From contig CAVPNL010000001.1 of NCBI GenBank assembly GCA_963706575.1, forward strand, positions 352,001-416,000: a DNA stretch of 64,000 bases. Direction: 5' to 3'. Below, piece after piece: positions 22,199 through 31,758 of this stretch. The notes beneath the pieces are model-generated. The model was not told where the DNA came from. It was given only the letters and a program-made list of their open reading frames with translations, and did not search any database. Source of the DNA: an uncultured delta proteobacterium (GTDB lineage Bacteria; Desulfobacterota; Desulfobacteria; Desulfobacterales; JAHEIW01). Made by a program: the position numbers and the translations under genes. The first letter of the stretch is position 1; each line of letters starts with the position of its first letter.

Positions 22199-23575
22199 AT
22201 GCGACTCTATCTGATCAACCCCTCCAACCCGCTGGTAAGCATTCTCAAAGTCAAGGAGAGCCGGTGGAACCGTTTTCGTGTGTGGAAACCGCTCAGCCTT
22301 ATGGCTCTCGCGGGCCTGACCCCACCGGAGTGGGAAATTACAATCGTGGACGAGAACCTCGGGGCACCGGACTATCCGGCCATGCCTCGACCTGACCTGG
22401 TGGGCATTACCGCTTTCACCTCTCAGGCGACCCGCGCCTATGAAATATCTACTTACTTCCGGCGTCATGGTGTGCCCGTCGTCATGGGCGGCATTCACGC
22501 AACCATGTGTATAGACGAGGCCATGGAACGGGTGGACGCGGTTGTTACCGGTGAAGCCGAGGGCATCTGGCCGCAGGTCTTAGAGGAGGCCCGCCATGGC
22601 AGCCTGAAACTCCGGTATGACGGAGGGCTCGCCGAGATAAACGATGTCCCGTTCGCCCGGCATGATTTGTTGGCCGGAGGATATGCCTGCGGGGCCATTC
22701 AGACCACCCGCGGCTGTCCATTGAACTGCAGCTTTTGCAGCGTGACGGCCTTCAATGGGGCCCACTACCGGCAGCGACCCATTGCGGATGTGGTGCGGGA
22801 ATTTAAGTTGATCCGTGAAAAGCATGTGCTGGTGGTGGACGACAACCTTATCGGCACGCGCCGTGAACACATCGCCCGCGCCAAGGACCTGTTCCGCGCC
22901 ATGGCACAGGCGAATCTGCGAAAACAATGGGTTAGCCAAGTCGGCATTAACTTCGCCGATGACGAGGAACTGCTATCGTTGGCCGCGAAGGCCGGGTGCA
23001 GCGGCGTCTTCATCGGCTTTGAAACCCCCTCGCCGGAGGGGCTTCTGGAGCTCGGCAAGAAATACAACCTTCTGAAGGGCCGAGATTTCCGAGCCTCCGT
23101 GCGGCGCATACAACATCACAACATATTTGTCGTGGGTTCCTTTATCATTGGTTTGGACATAGACGAGCCGGGCATCGGCAAGCGTATCGCCGGGGTGGCC
23201 AGCCAATGCGGCGTGGACAATCTCAACGTGCTGTTCCTGACACCCTTGCCCGGCACACGCCTGTGGGACCGGATGAAATCAGAGGACCGCATTGCCCTCG
23301 ATGCGTTCCCGCAGGACTGGAAATATTACACGCTGACCTTCCCGGTAGCCAGGTATAAGCATTTGTCTCTGGACGGCATCATCGATGAAATGATCTCCTG
23401 CGACCGGGACTTCTATTCCATGCCGCGGATTGTGCGCAGGCTGTGGGGCAACTTATGGCAACGCCGCAAACCGCTGATCAGCTTGGTAGGCAATTTCTCA
23501 TACCGCAACAATCTGCGGCTGAACCGCAGGGCATACGCGGACTTCAAGCGTCAACGGGGCAATAGGCACGATTGA
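22199..23575 (+). CDS. B12-binding radical SAM protein
   Basis: MGGIHAT, TRGCPLNCSFC, VVDDN, FIGFET, LTPLPGT. Confidence 0.9.
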   Translation: MRLYLINPSNPLVSILKVKESRWNRFRVWKPLSLMALAGLTPPEWEITIVDENLGAPDYPAMPRPDLVGITAFTSQATRAYEISTYFRRHGVPVVMGGIHATMCIDEAMERVDAVVTGEAEGIWPQVLEEARHGSLKLRYDGGLAEINDVPFARHDLLAGGYACGAIQTTRGCPLNCSFCSVTAFNGAHYRQRPIADVVREFKLIREKHVLVVDDNLIGTRREHIARAKDLFRAMAQANLRKQWVSQVGINFADDEELLSLAAKAGCSGVFIGFETPSPEGLLELGKKYNLLKGRDFRASVRRIQHHNIFVVGSFIIGLDIDEPGIGKRIAGVASQCGVDNLNVLFLTPLPGTRLWDRMKSEDRIALDAFPQDWKYYTLTFPVARYKHLSLDGIIDEMISCDRDFYSMPRIVRRLWGNLWQRRKPLISLVGNFSYRNNLRLNRRAYADFKRQRGNRHD

Positions 23576-23811
23576 GTCAGTATAATCCAATCCATAAATT
23601 GTGGATTCCGAAGTACAATCAAAACAATTTGAAAATTTAAATTTTCATCCAATTACCTTGACTTGATTTAGAATCAGCTGCTAATTTCACCATAATTAAT
23701 AAATGCACGCCTTCAATCAGGGCCGGTTTTTATCTGAGGGTAAAATCTATTTGTCATTGTGGCAACCCGAAGTTGGGAACCATGATAATATTTTGAGAAG
23801 AGGGTGACACT

Positions 23812-23942
23812 ATGGCGAACGGAACTGTAAAATGGTTTGACGAAAAAAAGGATTTGGCTTCATTGAACAAAATGATGAGCCCGATGTATTCGTTCATCAC
23901 ACAGCCATCAATGCATCTGGGTTCGGAAGCGCGCCGTTGTAA
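23812..23942 (+). pseudogene. Cold-shock protein remnant (frameshifted and 3'-truncated)
   Basis: MANGTVKWFDEKK/FGFIEQNDEPDVFVHHTAINASGF, then diverges and stops. Confidence 0.85.
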
Positions 23943-23971
23943 CGGAGTCTGTGGATAGAAAAGGGAGGCGC

Positions 23972-25261
23972 ATGGATGTTCCATTGATCGAATTCAAGGA
24001 AGTCACAAAACGGTTCGGTTCCCGAACCATCCTTGATCATGTCAACCTGCAGATATATGAAGGACAGATCACCACCATTATCGGTCTTAGCGGTTCCGGT
24101 AAGAGCGTTTTGCTCAAACACATCATCGGGTTGCTCAAGCCGGACGAGGGCACCATTCTTTTCCGAGGCAAGCCTCTCAACCGGATGAAGAAGAATGAAA
24201 TGGAAGCCTGTTTGGGCCAGATGAGTTACATGTTTCAAGGCAACGCCCTCTTTGACTCGATGACGGTCTATGAGAATGTCGCCTTGCGCTTGCGGAAAAC
24301 GACAAACTTGAGAAATGCGGAAATCGGTCGCAGGGTTATGGCCAGAATCGAGCAAGCAGAACTCAGCGGGTCGACCTACAAGTATCCCTCGCAGATCTCA
24401 GGGGGCATGCAGAAGCGGTTGGCCATTGCGCGGGCCTTGATCACTGATCCTCAGATTGTCCTTTTTGACGAACCCACCACCGGCTTGGACCCTGTCCGAA
24501 AAAATGCAATCTTGAGTATGATTGCCCAATATCACAAAAAATTCGGGTTTACTGCGATTCTGGTCAGCCACGAGATCCCGGATATTTTTTTTATATCAAA
24601 CCGAATTCTCTCCCTCTATGATCGAAGGATCGTTTTTCAGGGTACACCGGAGGAACTGGAAGCGTTTGAGCACCCATTCAAAGAAGACGTCATCCACAGT
24701 ATCGAGGGTTTGGAGGAAGAATTAACCGGCCTTTACTCCAGGCGATATTTCAAAACACGGTATCAAACCGAATTGAAATACGGAGCGCTCCGTGGAATTT
24801 ACGTGGTTCTGGCTTTTACTCTGGATAACCTGGATGCAATCAGTGCCAGCTTGGGATACGAAGTGGCACCGGAAGCCATACGATGCATGGGCGCGTATAT
24901 CGATAAGCACTTTGGTGTGTTGGGAGGGTTCTCCACCCGCCAGAGCACCAATGAATTTGTTACGGTGCTTCCCAATGCAGATCTGGCTGAAGTTGGGGGC
25001 ATTCTAGAGGGATTTACCAAGGACTTCCAACAGCAGGGCCTTCGTGACATTCAGACTGCCGTGAGCCAGAGGGCGGTTTCGGTGGAATGCGTTGAATTCG
25101 TGATTCTTGTCGGACTTGCCCAGGGTCAACCCGGTGTCGAGTTAGAATCCATCATAACGCTCGCAAAAAATCACCACAAGGAGATCGCCCGATTCAGCTG
25201 CGACGCGGGGAGCATCCGATTGGCTCGATCTTTCCCAAACCAGAACTCATTATACAGCTGA
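23972..25261 (+). CDS. MlaF/Mkl-type ABC ATPase fused to a degenerate GGDEF-like domain
   Basis: GLSGSGKS, FQGNALFDSMTV, ISGGMQKR, DEPTTGLDP; then ELTGLYSRR and RQSTNEFVTVLP. Confidence 0.85.
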   Translation: MDVPLIEFKEVTKRFGSRTILDHVNLQIYEGQITTIIGLSGSGKSVLLKHIIGLLKPDEGTILFRGKPLNRMKKNEMEACLGQMSYMFQGNALFDSMTVYENVALRLRKTTNLRNAEIGRRVMARIEQAELSGSTYKYPSQISGGMQKRLAIARALITDPQIVLFDEPTTGLDPVRKNAILSMIAQYHKKFGFTAILVSHEIPDIFFISNRILSLYDRRIVFQGTPEELEAFEHPFKEDVIHSIEGLEEELTGLYSRRYFKTRYQTELKYGALRGIYVVLAFTLDNLDAISASLGYEVAPEAIRCMGAYIDKHFGVLGGFSTRQSTNEFVTVLPNADLAEVGGILEGFTKDFQQQGLRDIQTAVSQRAVSVECVEFVILVGLAQGQPGVELESIITLAKNHHKEIARFSCDAGSIRLARSFPNQNSLYS

Positions 25262-25536
25262 TCGAATATGGTAATATCTTCCTTGCGGTAAATGAGATTG
25301 ATCCGTAGTAGGCACCTAAATTGGTTTGGCTTGAAGATATCAATCAAGGGCAATCCCTGGAGGGTACAGGTATCTTGAATTGAAGATTCATGCTTCAATC
25401 GTAGCTTATGCTTTTTGCAGATTACACAATGACAAATACATTCTTTTTTGAGTATTTATTTTTGTTAGATTTCGTGCTGAACCAAATCTTGGGTTTCGGT
25501 TTGAAATCATTGTAGATATGACTCGCTAATCTAAAT

Positions 25537-25572
25537 AAAAAGCCGCATACAAATTGGTGTATACGGCCTTTT
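25537..25572. terminator. Possible bidirectional intrinsic terminator
   Basis: AAAAAGCCGCATACA-AATTGG-TGTATACGGCCTTTT between convergent genes. Confidence 0.5.
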
Positions 25573-25633
25573 GTTGAAAGGCGTTTAAATTAAAGCCAAT
25601 CTGGCTTTTTCAAATATAGCTCTTAGTGTTACA

Positions 25634-26239
25634 CTAATCACGTCTACATAGAAACTCCCTTACCCCATTCCGATAAATAAAGGATTTTACTGTGTGAAAT
25701 TCTGACAGCATGTTTGTAATAATTCTGTTGCTGCGGTAATAATACGGTAGATCGAGGTGATCTTGAAGACGAAAGGTCAGCTGATCGCCCTCCTGAATGA
25801 CGAAGGAATGAATTTGCGATGGTGCCGCTTGCTCTTCAAAACTGGTTACCATCATCATTCCCCTTGGTTCTAAAGCGGTGTGGCAAAGGCCTACCAATTT
25901 GCCGATGTCATCATCATTTAAATGATCGATAAAATCCCACAGATTGATCCCATCGAAACGATGTGGCGCATAATCTAAGTGCTCCCACAGCTTTTTGGCC
26001 GGCAAACCTTTACGCCGGTTCCGGGTCAGCCGTATAAACATATCACAGACATGCAACCGCTTCACCCGTTGCGCGAAATACCTGATATTTTCTTCACAAA
26101 CGGGTCCCAAATCAAGAATCTGAACTGTCGAATAACGGGCAAGGGTTTCAATATACATTTGTAGCATCATGCTGGTATAGTCAGCGAGGGAGGGTTCAGC
26201 ATGTGAATATTCATGAACTGGTGCAGTTGGGGCTGCCAA
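25634..26239 (-). CDS. Class I SAM methyltransferase-like protein
   Basis: ILDLGP, FDGINLWD, LEPRG. Confidence 0.65.
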   Translation of the reverse strand: MAAPTAPVHEYSHAEPSLADYTSMMLQMYIETLARYSTVQILDLGPVCEENIRYFAQRVKRLHVCDMFIRLTRNRRKGLPAKKLWEHLDYAPHRFDGINLWDFIDHLNDDDIGKLVGLCHTALEPRGMMMVTSFEEQAAPSQIHSFVIQEGDQLTFRLQDHLDLPYYYRSNRIITNMLSEFHTVKSFIYRNGVREFLCRRD

Positions 26240-26242
26240 AAA

Positions 26243-26770
26243 TCAATTCTCCTTAGCATCCTCTGTGGCCGTTTGTGTCTTTGGCTCATTAGCTGGTTGA
26301 GCGGCTGTGGAGGTCGTCGATTTTCCGACCGATGCAGTTTTTCTGTGAGGTTCTTTATCGAGTTCGATTGATCCCTTAAAATAAGCACCATCTTCCACCG
26401 AGATGCTTTTTGACCGAATATCACCCATAAAATCGGCCTCTTTGGTGATCTCAACCTTGCCTTGTGTTTTGATATTTCCAATCATTTGGCCGCTGATCTT
26501 TACATTCTGTGCTTTGATCTGGCCTTCAACCCGTCCTTTGGTACCCACCGTAAAATTATGCTTTTCCATTTCTACGTTACCGTTCATCGAACCCTCGATA
26601 ACAAGATGTTCAGATCCACGAATGTTGCCTTCAATGCAGATATTAACGCCAATGACTGTCTGTTCTGCATTGGTTTCTGTGCGCGGAAACGGTGTAAGCG
26701 GTTTCTGTTCTGTGATTTCGTCATAGGGAGTGCCTTTATCATCTTCAGGTTTTTTACTTTTTTTAAGCAT
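26243..26770 (-). CDS. Bactofilin (polymer-forming cytoskeletal protein)
   Basis: TVIG..ICIEGNI, VEGQI, ISVEDGAYFKGSI; RBS AGGAGG. Confidence 0.92.
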   Translation of the reverse strand: MLKKSKKPEDDKGTPYDEITEQKPLTPFPRTETNAEQTVIGVNICIEGNIRGSEHLVIEGSMNGNVEMEKHNFTVGTKGRVEGQIKAQNVKISGQMIGNIKTQGKVEITKEADFMGDIRSKSISVEDGAYFKGSIELDKEPHRKTASVGKSTTSTAAQPANEPKTQTATEDAKEN

Positions 26771-27105
26771 GTCGCCTCCTTTCGCATTAGGCAAACTATA
26801 ATTTTTTATAACGCTTCGTTGTGTGGTTTTTTTAAATTAATCTAATTGCCAGTGCGGAGTTTGCGCAGTTACCGATTGAATGAATAGAAGATACAGGAAA
26901 CGGGTTGAGATTGCAATGAAGCTGGCTGAACATGAAAAGGCGCGTCAATTTGGATTGAAAAATCTTAAAGTAACAATTCTAAGGTCTTACGATCAAAAAT
27001 CAAAAATTCCTGCTGTATATGCTTTTAAATAAAAGATTTGATCGGTCATCTCAAAACATCTGAAGTATTTTTCCTCTTTACTCCTTGTGATTTTATATAT
27101 GAAGT

Positions 27106-29364
27106 TCAAGTATACTTCTTAAGGGGATAAATCCTGCATAGAAGCGGGCCGAATGTGACCGCACCGGTGGCCGGGTCACAAAAGTCCTCTGAGTCCGGTG
27201 TCAGGACGTTCACGTTGACTTCGAAAGTGCCGAAAAGTACCGGATCTTCGCCAATCTCTTCCGGAAGCCACCACCCGTGCTGGCATTCAACCATGCGGGG
27301 AAGGATACGGGATGTCAGCTTGGCCTTCTGTTTTATCTTGCCTCTCAAGGTTTCGATTACCACCCAGTCGCCTTCACCGATGCCGAGTTGCCGGGCAGTA
27401 TCCGGATTGATTTCAACAGTAGGGTAGGGGTACAGCTTTCGTAGCGATCTTATTTGCCGGTGTTCGGAGTGGTGCATCGGGCGGAATCGGGCGCCGGTGA
27501 TCAGAATAAAGGGATACTTCCGGGCCATTTCCGGCTGGCTGACAGGTGTTTCCGGTGGTTCCGTATAATCCGGCAAGGGATCGTAACCCAGTTTTTCTAG
27601 AATGGTGGAATATAGTTCAACCTTACCGGTGGGTGTCGCAAATCCTTTGGACTTGCCGGTATCAGGATCGATCTGTTCGTAACGTTTTTCAACCGCCGGC
27701 GGTGACCAGAAGCGTTGTTTGACAGCAAATTCTTCTGCTGAATTCAAATTCAGTTCGCCGAGCAAAGGCTCCAGGCAATAGTCCCATTCCTTTTCCAGAC
27801 TCGTGCGCCAGTATTTTTCCTGACCCAAGCGCACACCCAATCCGCGGTAGAATTCGAAGTCACTGCGGCGCTCACCCAGAGGTTGGACCACGCGTTGCCC
27901 CATAGCCGCCGCACTTCCGCTGCCCTGGAAGGTCTGGGTGTACATCTGGGGATGTTCCAGCCAGTTAGTGATCGGAAATACGTAATCCGCCAGCATGGCC
28001 GAAGGGGTCATCCATTGTTCGGCGACAATGAAAAGCTCAAGATTGGCACTTTTAAGAGCCTCATAAATCCGTTTGGTATTGGGATAGGCGATTAAGGGGT
28101 TGCAGGCCCCGCAGATCAATCCTTTAATCGGATATGGCTTTTGATCGAGAATTGCCGTCCAGATAGACGGTTCGTGGCATCCGGGCAGAAAACCGGCCGA
28201 CAATCCTTTGTCATACCAGTAAGGTTTGGCGGCTTCTTGAACCATTTCATATCCCGGAAAGCACCACAGCTTGTGATCTTCGGCACCCAGTTGCTTTATG
28301 CGCTGTTCATCCGGCAGCAAATCCATGTGTTCCATCAGGGCGCCGTAGTTGGCTTTCTCACAGGGACCCGACAACATATCGCCGCCGATCACATCCAGAT
28401 TGCCGCTGATGGCGCGCAAGATGCATTTGGCCTGGGTGATGCTGGTGACATTGACGCCCTGCATATCCGACTTTACGCCCCAGATGATCGATGCCGGTCT
28501 GCTGGTGGCATAAAGCCGGGCGGTTTGCACAATCTGTTCCGGCGGAACCCAGGTTATTTCAGCAACTTTCTCTGGCGGGTATTGTTTAACGCGTTCCTTG
28601 AGCTGATCGAAACCATGGCACCACTTTTCAACGAAGTCCCTGTCATACAGGTTTTCTTCGATAATCACGTTCAACCAACCCAGAGCCAGGGCGGCATCAG
28701 TGCCGGGTCGCAGTCTTAACCAGTGATCGGCCAGCCGGGCGGCAGTCTCAGAATACTTGGGATCAATGACGATATATCGGGTGCCTTTGCGTTTGGCTTT
28801 CACGTGCTGCGGGAAAATACAGGCAAACGCCTCGGCGGGATTGCCTCCCCAGATGACGGCACATTTGCAGGGCTCCTTAACCGCCCGGCTGGCGCCGGCG
28901 CCGTAGACAGCAGCATGAATCTGACGGCTGACCACCGAACACCATTGTCCGGCATTGGCGTGATTGGGGCTTCCAAAAAGATTCATGAATCTGACTTTGA
29001 ACATTTCTGAAAAACCCCTGCCGGTACCGCCGACGCTGGCGACGGCTTCGGCGCCGCTTTCAGTTCGAATTTGCTCAAGTTTAGCCGAAACTTCATCCAG
29101 GGCATCTTCCCATGAGATTTTTTCCCATTTTCCTTCGCCGCGTTTGCCCATGCGTTTCAGGGGGGTGTTCAGACGATCTTCGTGGTAAAGGTGCTCGATG
29201 AAGGCCTTGGAGCGCTCGCAAATCCAGCCCTTGTTTACCGGATGGCCGGGTTCTCCCTTTAATTTAACGACTTTGCCGTTTTCAACGGTGGCCAGTACCC
29301 CGGCCTGAAGCCAGCAACCGAAACACAGGGCACGTCTTTCTTCGGAATTCGCAGATTTTTCCAT
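27106..29364 (-). CDS. Molybdopterin oxidoreductase, DMSO reductase superfamily (acetylene hydratase-like clade)
   Basis: DRLNTPLKR, WGGNP, RPGTDAALAL, TPTGKVEL, YPFILITG..HHS, HGWW; no TAT signal. Confidence 0.9.
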   Translation of the reverse strand: MEKSANSEERRALCFGCWLQAGVLATVENGKVVKLKGEPGHPVNKGWICERSKAFIEHLYHEDRLNTPLKRMGKRGEGKWEKISWEDALDEVSAKLEQIRTESGAEAVASVGGTGRGFSEMFKVRFMNLFGSPNHANAGQWCSVVSRQIHAAVYGAGASRAVKEPCKCAVIWGGNPAEAFACIFPQHVKAKRKGTRYIVIDPKYSETAARLADHWLRLRPGTDAALALGWLNVIIEENLYDRDFVEKWCHGFDQLKERVKQYPPEKVAEITWVPPEQIVQTARLYATSRPASIIWGVKSDMQGVNVTSITQAKCILRAISGNLDVIGGDMLSGPCEKANYGALMEHMDLLPDEQRIKQLGAEDHKLWCFPGYEMVQEAAKPYWYDKGLSAGFLPGCHEPSIWTAILDQKPYPIKGLICGACNPLIAYPNTKRIYEALKSANLELFIVAEQWMTPSAMLADYVFPITNWLEHPQMYTQTFQGSGSAAAMGQRVVQPLGERRSDFEFYRGLGVRLGQEKYWRTSLEKEWDYCLEPLLGELNLNSAEEFAVKQRFWSPPAVEKRYEQIDPDTGKSKGFATPTGKVELYSTILEKLGYDPLPDYTEPPETPVSQPEMARKYPFILITGARFRPMHHSEHRQIRSLRKLYPYPTVEINPDTARQLGIGEGDWVVIETLRGKIKQKAKLTSRILPRMVECQHGWWLPEEIGEDPVLFGTFEVNVNVLTPDSEDFCDPATGAVTFGPLLCRIYPLKKYT

Positions 29365-29399
29365 TAAATCTCCTTAACGCTCGAAAATCTCTGTCTTTG

Positions 29400-29564
29400 T
29401 TATTTTAGCCAGAAACGATCCGGGTGTCTTTGTTTGCCATAGCCGAAAAGATCATCCATCCACAGAAAAAACGGTCGGCAGAACATTTCGTTTTTCTGAT
29501 AAAACGAGGTCGCATTCCCAGCCACATAACGGCCGGCGCCCTGTTCAATAAATCTTGCTTTCAT
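29400..29564 (-). pseudogene. 54-aa ORF resembling the fused N- and C-termini of a reductive-dehalogenase-like protein
   Basis: RBS GAGGTG; MKARFIEQGAGRYVAGNATSFYQKNEMFCRPFFLWMDDLFGYGKQRHPDRFWLK*. Confidence 0.5.
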
Positions 29565-29667
29565 TATTCTGTCACCTCATTGCCGGATTTGCCGGATCTG
29601 AAATCAAATGCCTGATCACAAATTGATGAAGTATTGTTAAGAAGGGCCGAGGGCAGGGTACCCAACC

Positions 29668-29732
29668 GTCATTCCCGCGCAGGCGGGAATCCAGGCGTCT
29701 TTGAACTGGACTCCCGCCTGCGCGGGAGTGAC
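29668..29732. repeat. ATTCCC-N8-GGGAAT type palindromic repeat pair
   Basis: GTCATTCCCGCGCAGGCGGGAATCCAG ... CTGGACTCCCGCCTGCGCGGGAGTGAC. Confidence 0.85.
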
Positions 29733-29773
29733 AATCGTTTTGTAACTTATTTATAGGCTATAACTTTAGAAGA

Positions 29774-31081
29774 CTAAAGCATTTTCGCCGGCAGCCACAG
29801 GGCCAACTGCGGGAATAACATCGTTATAATCAGGACGATCAGCTGGATGACGACAAACGGCGGCACCGCCTGCCAGATATTCTTCGTATGGATTTCCGGC
29901 GGCGCCACGCCTTTCATTAATATTAACGCCCAGCCAAAAGGCGGGGTTAAATAGGCGACCTGCATGTTGAGGATAAAAACGATGGAAAACCAGACCGGGT
30001 CAAACCCCAAGAACACGGCGATGGGAATAAAGATCGGAGCGCAGATGGTCAAAACGGCATAGTCGTCCATGAACATGCCGAATATGAGCAGGATGATTTG
30101 CATCACTGCCAAAATCAACCACCGATTCACCTCCAGGTCCTGGACCATGCCCATGACCATATCCTGGGCGCCCGCACTGGTGTAGACAACACCGAAAAGG
30201 GTTGCCGCCACCAGTATCCACAATGCCAAGCCGCTTATTTTCATCGTTTCAATACAGGATTCAGAAATCACCTTCCAGCTAATCCGGCCATGGATAACAC
30301 AGACTAAAAAAGAGCCAAAGGCGCCGACTCCCGCGGCTTCGGTCGGGGTGGCAATCCCTAAAAATATAGAACCCAACACCAAAACCACCAGTAAAAACGG
30401 CAGGACGATATCTTTGACGGAAGTCCAGCGGGCCTTCCATGTTGTTTCTTCCACCGCTCTGGGGGCGAGTTCGGGCTTGAGGTAGCATATGACCAGAATA
30501 TAGATAATATACAGACATGCGGTAATGAAACCGGGAATGGCTCCTCCAAAGAAAATTTTGCCGATGGATATGCGGGAGATGTAGGCAAAAATGATCATGA
30601 TAATGCTGGGTGGAATAATTTCGCCCAGAACCCCACCGGCCATTACACAGCCGAGCGCCAGGGATTTGTTGTATCGCTGTTTGAGCATGGCCGGCACGGC
30701 AATGAGTCCCATGGTGAGTATTCCCGGGCCGAATCCACCGCACATGGCCAGGGCCACACACACGCCCACTGACACAAGAGCGAGACCGCCTCTTATACCT
30801 GAAAGCCACAGATTGAGTGCACGAAATAAGCGATCTGAAATACCGGAGTGGATTAAAAAATTACCCATCAGAAGAAACAGCGGAATGGTGATCAGGCCGG
30901 GGTCGGTAATTTGTCGATATGTTGTGGTGGCGACGATGTATAAATCGTTTAGGTCACCTGTTAAAAAAGTTATGAGGACACTGATGCCGCCGAGCGCAAA
31001 AACCACCGGAACGCCTAAAGCTAAAAGAATAAGTAATCCTCCAAATAAAAGAACCGTGGTCAGCTCGATGCTCATATTCAT
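29774..31081 (-). CDS. dctM: TRAP transporter large permease
   Basis: IPLFLLMG, IIPPS, TPTEAA, LTPPFG. Confidence 0.93.
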   Translation of the reverse strand: MNMSIELTTVLLFGGLLILLALGVPVVFALGGISVLITFLTGDLNDLYIVATTTYRQITDPGLITIPLFLLMGNFLIHSGISDRLFRALNLWLSGIRGGLALVSVGVCVALAMCGGFGPGILTMGLIAVPAMLKQRYNKSLALGCVMAGGVLGEIIPPSIIMIIFAYISRISIGKIFFGGAIPGFITACLYIIYILVICYLKPELAPRAVEETTWKARWTSVKDIVLPFLLVVLVLGSIFLGIATPTEAAGVGAFGSFLVCVIHGRISWKVISESCIETMKISGLALWILVAATLFGVVYTSAGAQDMVMGMVQDLEVNRWLILAVMQIILLIFGMFMDDYAVLTICAPIFIPIAVFLGFDPVWFSIVFILNMQVAYLTPPFGWALILMKGVAPPEIHTKNIWQAVPPFVVIQLIVLIITMLFPQLALWLPAKML

Positions 31082-31133
31082 CTTCCTCTGAGATCACATT
31101 CGACTGAACAGAATGAAAGTTCGGATTCGTTCG

Positions 31134-31622
31134 TTACTTACCATTTCTGCGAAACGCGGAAATGCCTTCAAGCAAGAATAGAAAAGCTACTGCTGGGATC
31201 AGAAGTTTAAACGGGTACCACGGAATTCGAAATGCGCCGGCCGCTTTTTCATTCATCATCAGGGAATTCCAACCCATCCAGGATGCCTGCCAGACCAATA
31301 CGCCCATGAAAGAAACAAAGGCCAGCAACCCGATCCATTTGGCGACTGTTTTCAACCCCTGCGGGAAGTGATCGTACAATATTTCTATGCGGATGTGCTC
31401 GCCTTTAAATAATGTAAAAACTCCCGCAAAAAGGATAAAAACGCCGAAAAGCTGTCGGTTTACAAGCCATCCCCAGAGAAGCGGTCGGTTAAATACATAC
31501 CGCGCCACAACATCCAGGGTCGTAACCAGCATCATAATAAAAACCAAATAGCTGGTGATTTTTGCTGACTTTTCGACAATGGCATCAATCCAGTCGAAAA
31601 ACGCATTCACTAGATTCGACAT
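31134..31622 (-). CDS. dctQ: TRAP transporter small permease
   Basis: DVVARYVFNRP, HIRIE, four TM segments. Confidence 0.9.
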   Translation of the reverse strand: MSNLVNAFFDWIDAIVEKSAKITSYLVFIMMLVTTLDVVARYVFNRPLLWGWLVNRQLFGVFILFAGVFTLFKGEHIRIEILYDHFPQGLKTVAKWIGLLAFVSFMGVLVWQASWMGWNSLMMNEKAAGAFRIPWYPFKLLIPAVAFLFLLEGISAFRRNGK

Positions 31623-31677
31623 CTCACGAGGTCCTCGAATTTAGATGGATTTGCTCAAATTAACAAGGGATGAAAAG

Positions 31678-31707
31678 ACCAGGAGGGTGTAAGTCCACCC
31701 TCCTGGT
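31678..31707 (-). terminator. Strong hairpin between dctP and dctQ (attenuator or mRNA stabiliser)
   Basis: ACCAGGAGGGTG-N6-CACCCTCCTGGT, followed by CTTTT on the minus strand. Confidence 0.6.
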
Positions 31708-31758
31708 TATCTTCCGGTTTAGAGATTCTCTCAATCTTGTCGTTTAAAAGGCCTTTTT

